Position numbers and translations under genes: made by a program. The notes below the pieces were generated by a model, which ran no database searches, had not been told where the DNA came from, and saw only the letters and a program-made list of their open reading frames with translations. Below are positions 19,350-26,317 of a stretch of 64,000 nt of DNA, in pieces (within the stretch, counting starts at the first letter, position 1; each line of letters begins with the position of its first letter). The DNA lies in IMG/VR virus record IMGVR_UViG_3300033144_002959, positions 1-64,000 of that record; one strand, given 5' to 3'. The DNA comes from a virus.

Positions 19350-19490
19350 TCAGCTATCATCACTATCGTCATTGTCTCCCGGCGTCCAACAGTCTGCACA
19401 GATACCGGTCTCAACAAATTCATCGCCGCAGATATCGGGCGTCAACGCCCTTCCACAACGCATACAATTCGGAACATTTTCACTTGCCAT
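19350..19490 (-). CDS. small zinc-ribbon protein (46 aa, not in ORF track)
   Basis: GGAGG RBS; CMRC...CADC. Confidence 0.65.
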   Translation of the reverse strand: MASENVPNCMRCGRALTPDICGDEFVETGICADCWTPGDNDDSDDS

Positions 19491-19550
19491 GCTTGCCTCC
19501 TTGTCACACACAAAAAAAGAGAGAGAAGCATCGTCGCCTCAAATTGAAAA

Positions 19551-19642
19551 GTCTCTCGGCTTGTTACGGCTACCCCGCAATCCCGCGCCCATTGCTACTT
19601 GGCTGTTGGGTTCAGCACGATTTATCTACGGTGCCGAGAAAC
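19551..19642 (-). ncRNA. candidate ~92-nt small RNA with its own promoter
   Basis: 10-bp terminal helix GTTTCTCGGC/GCCGAGAGAC starting at the predicted TSS of the promoter at 19649-19677. Confidence 0.55.
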
Positions 19643-19648
19643 AATAAT

Positions 19649-19677
19649 AGTATGCCACTCTGGCACACGTCTGTCAA
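19649..19677 (-). promoter_or_regulatory. sigma70-like promoter
   Basis: TTGACA-N17-CATACT, directly after tRNA-Tyr. Confidence 0.75.
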
Positions 19678-19680
19678 ATA

Positions 19681-19765
19681 TGGTGGAGCAGGGAGGATTC
19701 GAACCTCCGACCTCTAGGGTGCCACGGGATTACAGCCCGACCGATTACCACTCTCGCACCGCTCC
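19681..19765 (-). tRNA. tRNA-Tyr (GTA), long variable region
   Basis: GGAGCGG/CTGCTCC acceptor stem, A73, CCA, anticodon loop CTGTAAT, T-loop TTCGAAT. Confidence 0.92.
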
Positions 19766-20107
19766 AATCGAATTCAAGAGCGGGGTTCCGGCAACACCGG
19801 CACCCCCCGCAATCTGCACCGGCATCAGCCTTACGGTTTCAAACCGCTTCGACCATCCGTCGTCTGTACTTCGTTTCGTGTTGCCACGATTCCTTGGCCT
19901 AATCATTCCCTGAATGGCATAGTCTCTCAGCATTATGCTGAGGCGTTTTTCATGTCGTTCTCCTATCTGAAATTTTGAATTGCGCTCGCAACACTTATCG
20001 CGAAAGTTTCGAGGTACTTGGTACCTTGGCAAACGCAAATCAAAAAGGACCGCAGCGCTTCTCTGCACAAAAGTGCGCAACCACTGACCTGCGGTCAAAC
20101 TAAAATT

Positions 20108-20310
20108 TGGTCGATATGCAAAGCCTGTAGCAAACTTTGCACACTTCGGGCTTCCCACCCGCTTGCTGCTTCACGGTTCGTACGCTGTCCGGGCACCCGT
20201 TTTTCGCCAGTGCTTCCCGGTCCCTGCCCTCGCCTTTTTCATGACATAGAACAGCGCAACCCCTTTACCATATAGCCAGTTCGATCCTGTCGGGATAGAC
20301 ACTACATCGA
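20108..20310 (-). ncRNA. array unit ~200 nt, CCA-ended
   Basis: TCGATGT/ATATCGA terminal helix followed by CCA-AATTTT. Confidence 0.45.
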
Positions 20311-20603
20311 ATTTAATTCATGTGGTCAAGCTACCCTGATCACCACACAAAAGGCTTTTCAATTCATGCCGGTGATATCACTCGCCGGAAAGCGCCGCAG
20401 TTCCTTAGTATTTATATACCGGGACAAGTGCGGAAAGCACCCGGAATTTTGAGAAACACTCTCCGAAGAAAGCGCTTTTCAAATTGATCGAACACTTCGC
20501 TAACGGCCAGTACGGGAGGAATTAAAGCGGGGGTTTATTGAAATTTCGGCAGAACGCCAAAAACATTTGGCCTACAATTAAAGAGTTCAATCTTCAAAAA
20601 GAT

Positions 20604-20688
20604 AACGGCTCGATTTTATAGAACTAGCAACCCTGCACTTTCGTGTTTTACGGGAAAAAGTTTACGCTTCAGTTCATATCGAACCGTT
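20604..20688 (-). ncRNA. array unit ~85 nt
   Basis: AACGGTTCGAT/ATCGAGCCGTT 11-bp helix, inner GAACTG/TAGTTC, CAC-GAAA-GTG tetraloop. Confidence 0.5.
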
Positions 20689-20694
20689 CAAAAT

Positions 20695-20735
20695 TGGGGA
20701 GTTCTTACTTTATATTTTACTTGGCAGTCGAACCC
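20695..20735 (-). ncRNA. small RNA motif, copy 2
   Basis: GGGTTC-GACTGCCAAGTAAAATATAAAGTAA-GAACTC-CCCA. Confidence 0.6.
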
Positions 20736-21182
20736 TAAATCACTCCAAGTTTTTTTCGAACAATGGGGAGTTAATTCCATCCGAACGAGTGGCTTATCGC
20801 ATATGTCCACCTACGGGTCATGGTCTCGCTATCGTCATGCGCCCTGCTCTCGTATGCGGGGAACGAAGGATTTTCAACCCTGCCCTCAACAGGAACGATC
20901 ATGTCGGCGTCGCGCCGGAGTCGGTTTTGTCGTTTGACTACCTACGTCATTCTGGGTTTCTGAAACTCTTTATCGTTGGGAATGAGTACCAACTAGCCTG
21001 CTCCAAGGCCGGTGAACTTAACGCTGTTCTCTTACGCCATGATTATCGGCAGAGAGCCGATCACATGGTTCACACCACTTTGAAAATTCGAAGCGGAGGT
21101 CAATTCTATTTACCCAGCTACTATTGCAAGCTGGCCTTGTGAGGATCGCTGACTCCGCCCAGCGATGGCGGTACATATTTGC

Positions 21183-21316
21183 TTTGTGAAATGTTCGGAA
21201 CTGAGTGATCGAACACGCTGTCTTTCAAGCGTGTCGTCGTGACTGAGTCACTGTTTAATTTACTGGTGATCAAACCAGCAGGCGACAACTGCGCCATGTT
21301 CCAAACACTTTACAAA
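21183..21316 (-). ncRNA. array unit ~134 nt
   Basis: Terminal helix TTTGTAAAGTGTTTGGAAC/GTTCCGAACATTTCACAAA, 18 of 19 positions paired. Confidence 0.55.
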
Positions 21317-21319
21317 AAT

Positions 21320-21474
21320 CTCTACTCGCGATTGGTCAACCGCATCGCATCCCACCGAGCTAAGGGCCAGCTTTTTCGTCTGGCCTTGTTGGCAGGCTCG
21401 ATATCGTCCTGCCTCACTCGCCACGCCGGGTTAGTCCCCCGGTCCAGCCTCGTCCGTTGTATCAACGAGTAGAG
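21320..21474 (-). ncRNA. array unit ~155 nt
   Basis: CTCTACTCG/CGAGTAGAG terminal helix enclosing three GC-rich hairpins. Confidence 0.55.
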
Positions 21475-21583
21475 TTAAAATGGTTGGTAGTTGTATAAGC
21501 ACGGATACCAGCCGCCGCGATCTTTTTGCTGACGCTAACAGTGACAAGTTGCATCGTTTATATACCGGAGCCTTGTACCCGGT

Positions 21584-21599
21584 GTCCAATCAATTGGAC
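21584..21599. repeat. dispersed 16-bp quasi-palindrome (within RNA array)
   Basis: GTCCAATCAATTGGAC exact. Confidence 0.9.
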
Positions 21600-21610
21600 A
21601 GTTTTCAATT

Positions 21611-21650
21611 TGGTCCCTTACTTTATATTTTGCGTCGCAGTCGGGAACCA
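21611..21650 (-). ncRNA. small RNA motif, copy 1
   Basis: TGGTTCCC-GACTGCGACGCAAAATATAAAGTAA-GGGACCA. Confidence 0.6.
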
Positions 21651-22007
21651 CTCGACGTTTTGGATATCCGCGCTACTGTATCAAAATAGGGCGGCGCGTA
21701 TTCTAATCAGGTACGCCCCGCTAAGAACTTTTTTGGTCATCTTAGAAACCACCCTAACGACTCACGTGGGACGTGCCGCACTGACATAGTCAGTGAACTA
21801 TCAAAATTCGTGAGCGGATACAGGAGACTGGCGAGTTGTCAGCCCGGTCGATTCTGTCACTCCGCTCGGAGCGTGCGATTAAAGTCCGCAACCCTCAAAT
21901 TCTATTAGCATAAATTCGATTCATAACGCCATCAATCACTGCCTCACGGTCTGGACATAAGTGATTTCATCTTTTGATCAAGTACCGGTTTTTAGGCCGT
22001 TCAATTT

Positions 22008-22240
22008 ATCGACTCGATCAATGTGTTGGCGATCAAACGCTGCGCGGGCTTGGGCCTCATCGGCTATTACCCTCTTCCTGTTTGCCCGCTCTTATACGGG
22101 TTCTTGTTTTTTTTGCGGCTTACTAACATTCCCTATGGTCGCTAAACCTTTAAGGCGGAAATGACCTCAACCATCTAACAGCTTTGCAGCGATTATCACG
22201 CTTTATGCTTATCAAAAGTCACTACCGATGGTGAGTCGAT
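22008..22240 (-). ncRNA. array unit ~233 nt
   Basis: ATCGACTC/GAGTCGAT terminal helix continued by ATCGGT/ATTGAT. Confidence 0.45.
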
Positions 22241-22390
22241 TTACTCCGCCAGCAGCCTTCGAACTTCACAGCCGAAAACTTAGTTTTGAACAACTCAAAG
22301 AGCCGAACAAAATGTTGGTCGATTTACTACGCTTACAGCCAACAGCGTCACCGCCATTGACTTAGTCAATAGAAACTTCTGAAAAACAAT

Positions 22391-22793
22391 TATGCTTTGT
22401 GATGCACTCCGCGTTACTCGTTACTCAAGTGGCCCTCTCACTTCAGCCCAATGGTCTTTCCACCATCGTTGAACCCTTTCAAGTTCCAGCTTACTAACTC
22501 TGCGACATGGCCCGCGATGCCCGACCTTATTGCTCACAAGACGATTCTTTCGAAACCCTTGCATACCCGAATTACACGGCGGCGGTCAAACGTAAATGCC
22601 TGACTCAACCCGATTACTCGGAAGCCAGTGAATCTCTTTGCAAGACCAATCATCCGGTGCTACCCGGTCCAAAGATCGAACACGTTGATTCCTGCCACAT
22701 CCTGATTTTACGCAGGAGTGATTGCCCTGATCATTAACGACTAACGTGTCAACGTCAGCAAACGCTAACAATCGGAATACATCAAAAAGCATA
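22391..22793 (-). ncRNA. array unit ~400 nt (large structured RNA)
   Basis: 20-bp terminal helix TATGCTTT-T-TGATGTATTCCG / CGGAGTGCATCA-C-AAAGCATA; internal GAAA-loop hairpins. Confidence 0.6.
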
Positions 22794-22878
22794 TCCGCCA
22801 CACTTGGCAAGCACTCTATAATTTTACGATGGGAATTTTTCTCCCTTTACCCTCTCGGTGTGACCGATGGCAGTACGT

Positions 22879-23152
22879 TTGATTGAACCGCTATGGTAAA
22901 TGCTCGCTTGAGCATTGCAGCCGTTAGTCTGCGAAGCCGGGAACATACTCACCGTTCGATTCGAACGAACAGCATCCATTTCTGGGTGAGTAGTTTTGTA
23001 TCGGTAGCCCACCATCCTTACCAGCAACTATTTCTCAACGCGCTTCAGTTAAACAACTTCTTTAACCAGCTACATATATCGTCATAGCGCTTCAGTAAAG
23101 ACAGTGCCCGTAACCACTAGAACCGATCAAGTATTAAGACCAGTTCAATCAA
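22879..23152 (-). ncRNA. array unit ~274 nt containing a tRNA-like domain
   Basis: 12-bp terminal helix TTGATTGAACTG/CGGTTCAATCAA; internal T-arm GTTCG-TTCGAAT-CGAAC. Confidence 0.6.
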
Positions 23153-23362
23153 TTAGCAAGAGCGCTGCAAGGTGCAGCGGAAATTTGCTTTTCAATTTGA
23201 GACGACGGAAGTCCCGCACAGCTGCCGGATTGGATACCGGGCGGTTCTGATTGGGGCCGAAGCCTCTCTCTCTGGGCCGGTTAAGGTTCCTCTCCAGATT
23301 CCCTGTCTGTCAGGCCCTTTCGGGAGCGGGGAATTTTTTCTATCTTCTCATCCCACAAGTAT

Positions 23363-23391
23363 ATTATCTCATAGTGGGGCACGTTTGTCAA
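23363..23391 (-). promoter_or_regulatory. sigma70 promoter driving the RNA array
   Basis: TTGACA-N17-GATAAT with extended -10 TG. Confidence 0.85.
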
Positions 23392-23507
23392 ATTGTAGGG
23401 GGGTTTTCGTCAACTAAATAGTGACAATAATCAAGCACTTATACGATTTATTTCCACGTGCCTTCAAAAAGCACACGTAAAGCACTGAAATGGAGACTTT
23501 TTTGGCC

Positions 23508-24761
23508 TTAAACGTACACGAATTCGTCGGCTGAGGTCTCAGGTAGAATCTCGCTGAAGTCCATGAACGGGGGCGCATCGAAAATCCAGTTGATATAAAA
23601 TTCCATCTGCCCAGCGTCGCGAGCTTTGAGGATATCGACTTTCTTTTTAACGACGTATTCAATACTGCCAACTTCCTTTTCGTACAGCGCCAGAACACAA
23701 CTGCAAATTTGTCCGATAGCATCCGAGCCGCCGATGTTCTCCAGCTCTTTTTCTTTCGCGCCTTTCTTGTTGAACTGGTAGCTCAGCACACACGGAATAT
23801 TCAGCCGGGTCGATACGTCTGACTTGATTGTTTCCAGCGACTCCGCTACCCGCTCGTATCGCTTCGCGTATTTGTCATCGGTCTTCAACAGGTACGCGCC
23901 ATCGATATACAACACGTCCGGTTTCATCTGGTGCACGAGCATTTGAATGTCCTGAACTCTTGCAGTCAGGTTGCCATCGATGATCCAGAATTTATCGTGG
24001 GTGCCCTCCAATGCCGCCATGTCTGTGAGGATTTTCTTGTGTTTCTTTTTTAGAATCTCACCGCGCCTGAGCAGGGTGATCGAAAGTTTTTGGTGCATTG
24101 CCGTGATGCGTTGAATAAGCGGCAGCGGTTTCATTTCCATCGACACGAACATGACTCGCTTATTTTGTTTGTGCCATGCGTGGTGTGCCATTCTCAACAG
24201 CTGATAAGTTTTACCTTGCCCCGGCCTGCCGACGATTGCCATCACGTCGCCGCCGCGTAAACTCCCAATCATTCCGTCGAGTGTCGGATACCCAGTCAGC
24301 ACACCGGGCAGCAAGTGCCCTTTGTTAAGCATCTGAAATTCGGCATCAATAATGTCCGGGCCATCGGTCGCGTAATCCATGATCTGATTCATCGACGTTC
24401 GGGTTGTGATGTTAACCATCATTTCGCGAAACAAATCCAACGCCGCTTCGGGATTCTTTTCGGCCAACTCGATCTGTGCACCTTTCATTGCAGACACAAT
24501 GGTGCGATGCGTGAACCGCTTCACGACATCATCGAAATAATACTCGGGGGTCTCCAGCCCATCGGGCACTTCCATGATCCCGCATGTCTGCGGTTTTGGC
24601 AGTGATCCGTATTTGGCTAAGTGCCCTTGAATCTCATCATATAATTCTAACTCTGGTCCCCGAAACAAACCTTCATGGATGCCCATCCCGAGATACTTTT
24701 CGGTTCCTTTGGGGTCAACCAATAGGCTTGTCAGGAATCGCTTCCCTGACAATACCGCCAC
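23508..24761 (-). CDS. dnaB: DnaB-like replicative helicase
   Basis: GRPGQGKT, FVSMEM, YIDGAYL, SDAIGQ, LKAR. Confidence 0.9.
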   Translation of the reverse strand: MAVLSGKRFLTSLLVDPKGTEKYLGMGIHEGLFRGPELELYDEIQGHLAKYGSLPKPQTCGIMEVPDGLETPEYYFDDVVKRFTHRTIVSAMKGAQIELAEKNPEAALDLFREMMVNITTRTSMNQIMDYATDGPDIIDAEFQMLNKGHLLPGVLTGYPTLDGMIGSLRGGDVMAIVGRPGQGKTYQLLRMAHHAWHKQNKRVMFVSMEMKPLPLIQRITAMHQKLSITLLRRGEILKKKHKKILTDMAALEGTHDKFWIIDGNLTARVQDIQMLVHQMKPDVLYIDGAYLLKTDDKYAKRYERVAESLETIKSDVSTRLNIPCVLSYQFNKKGAKEKELENIGGSDAIGQICSCVLALYEKEVGSIEYVVKKKVDILKARDAGQMEFYINWIFDAPPFMDFSEILPETSADEFVYV

Positions 24762-24775
24762 GCCACTGCCTTTTA

Positions 24776-25303
24776 TTATTCGGTCGTGTAAAATTCCCTG
24801 ACGTGCTCGTACAGCATGTTGCCATATGCCTTGCCCATCAGACCCAAGTCTTCGACATACAGGACGGTCGCCTTACCCTTCAGGTGCCGGGAGCTTACGA
24901 CACTGGACAGGTAAGAAATCTGCCACTCCATCAGCTCCGAACCTTCCCGGTAGAAATCTGGAATCAGCAACGCCGTTACGTCAGGCACTTCCATCCTTTT
25001 CGAACTAGCGAACAGCTCACGCAATGGCATGACTTTCGCATCGTGATAGTTCCGCAGGATCGCAGCCGCGATTACTGAACAACGATCCTCCGCTGAATAC
25101 TGTTTTGGACCCAGCAACAGTTCTGCTTTTTGATCGCGCATGTTGGATGGCAGGTTACGAATCCAATCGCAAACTGCATCAGAGCAATACTTCGTTGCCG
25201 ACCTGTGCAACCAGTGTTCGGCAATGTTAGCTCGCTCAGCTACCGTAGGCCACTGCCGAAGCAGGGGCGCGTGGTAGGTTTCATCAATCATTACGGCGTC
25301 CAT
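24776..25303 (-). CDS. putative (degenerate) DnaC-like helicase loader
   Basis: Between initiator and DnaB; ERANI, LLIPD, SR..KGKATV pattern; no intact Walker A. Confidence 0.5.
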   Translation of the reverse strand: MDAVMIDETYHAPLLRQWPTVAERANIAEHWLHRSATKYCSDAVCDWIRNLPSNMRDQKAELLLGPKQYSAEDRCSVIAAAILRNYHDAKVMPLRELFASSKRMEVPDVTALLIPDFYREGSELMEWQISYLSSVVSSRHLKGKATVLYVEDLGLMGKAYGNMLYEHVREFYTTE

Positions 25304-25336
25304 ATTCCAATTATATGCCTTCCTACTTCTCAATTG

Positions 25337-26221
25337 TCAAAGTGATTTCCACTCTTTTTCTGTATAATCGACTTCCTTCGGTGCTTCAAATCCAGCAATC
25401 GCGTTCCGCCCCAACACAAATTTCTGTATCACCGGCTTCACTGTGGACTTGATTCCAAACTCTGCATCAGCATATTTTTTGTACTCTGGCCAGAACTTCA
25501 ACGCGATCATTATTCGCACCGGACCAGTCGGACCCAGCTGCTTGATCAGCGTCTTCAATTGCTTCTGATCCTTGTCTGTTAATTCGGGCAGCGTATGATT
25601 CACGTGTCCATACCCCCGCATACATTTTCGCCACCATAATGATATGACGGTTCCGTGGTCTCGATGTTCCATCAAAGTATCGAGCACTTCGCCCTCTTCA
25701 AAATCGAATCCGTTAGCTTTGTCCGGTGTGCCAAGTCCCTGTTCGTCGGCTACCTGCTCTACCGTTTTCGCCTTTGGCGAAATCTCTGTGTTCTTTTGTT
25801 TGGTCTTCTGCGTGTTCTTATGGTTAGAGTCCGCCGTTTTGACGGTATCAGAGTCCGCCATTTTTGCGGTATCAGAGTCCGCCGTTTTGACGGTATGCCC
25901 CTCTCCAAATTTCGGGTGATCATAGTTGATCGAGTACCATTTTGTGCGGTCCTGTTTGTGCTTATTGTATTCGCCAACATCGATCAAACCCTGCTCTCGA
26001 CAGGACACCAAGACCCTTTCCATTTTACGTTTCGACCAATACGGGAATTGCTCACGCCAATCGTTCACTGTGTTGTACACCCACCTTCGGCCATTGACCT
26101 CATGCTTCGATGTCTTCAACCAGTAATGCAGCTGTCCGATAAATTGTGATTCCGGTTCGCCGATCCGGCAGGCCAATTCAACATGAATAACCCGGACCTC
26201 TCCGTCGTGTAGCAAGTGCAT
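25337..26221 (-). CDS. replication initiator protein (lambda O-like)
   Basis: QLHYWL, WVYNT..DWREQFPYWS, DRTKWYSINY winged-helix motifs; internal iterons. Confidence 0.8.
   Translation of the reverse strand: MHLLHDGEVRVIHVELACRIGEPESQFIGQLHYWLKTSKHEVNGRRWVYNTVNDWREQFPYWSKRKMERVLVSCREQGLIDVGEYNKHKQDRTKWYSINYDHPKFGEGHTVKTADSDTAKMADSDTVKTADSNHKNTQKTKQKNTEISPKAKTVEQVADEQGLGTPDKANGFDFEEGEVLDTLMEHRDHGTVISLWWRKCMRGYGHVNHTLPELTDKDQKQLKTLIKQLGPTGPVRIMIALKFWPEYKKYADAEFGIKSTVKPVIQKFVLGRNAIAGFEAPKEVDYTEKEWKSL
25826..25897. repeat. 3 x 24-bp tandem repeats, putative iterons (origin of replication)
   Basis: AGAGTCCGCC(G/A)TTTT(GA/TG)CGGTAT(C/G) x3 inside the initiator gene, next to a strand-biased tract. 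Confidence 0.75.
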
Positions 26222-26235
26222 TTTGTGCCCCTAAT

Positions 26236-26286
26236 AAAAATGGGGAGCCGAGTGTAGTTTCCCAACAGAGAAAACCCGGCCCCCCT
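26236..26286 (-). terminator. hairpin/attenuator upstream of the initiator
   Basis: GGGGCCGGGT...ACTCGGCTCC stem then CCATTTTT, just before the initiator RBS. Confidence 0.5.
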
Positions 26287-26317
26287 ACGTGCTGCCTTTC
26301 AGCAACAGCGCGACAAA

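Larger units (their letters stand above)
19770..23356 (-). ncRNA. putative polycistronic array of structured non-coding RNAs
   Basis: No credible protein ORF over ~3.6 kb; successive units closed by terminal helices of up to ~20 bp (G-U pairs favour the minus strand), separated by AU-rich linkers; upstream promoter; ends at tRNA-Tyr. Confidence 0.7.

Noticed and set aside
19979-20038. Hammerhead ribozyme (three-way junction with CGAAA)
   Set aside because: The CUGANGA core is absent.
20604-20688. c-di-GMP-I riboswitch (GTAAAA-CAC-GAAA-GTG)
   Set aside because: Lacks the second hairpin and the GCAAAG element, and is not upstream of a gene.
20764-20969. tmRNA (TAGTC-AAACGAC-AAAAC resembles the resume region; 3' CCA)
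   Set aside because: No T-arm, no G3-U70 alanine acceptor stem, and the peptide would not end in an AA-type tag; kept only as an unknown RNA unit.
22008-22793. RNase P RNA or group I intron
   Set aside because: No GAGGAAAGUCC P4 signature or recognisable P7 core, and no interrupted host gene.
19745-23417. Short ORFs from the six-frame track in the array region
   Set aside because: Mixed strands, no RBS, no protein-like motifs, and they cross RNA helices and the tRNA.
25310-25340. Promoter for loader/dnaB
   Set aside because: TTGACA is present, but TATAAT lies at 19-bp spacing and leaves almost no leader; too uncertain to list as a feature.
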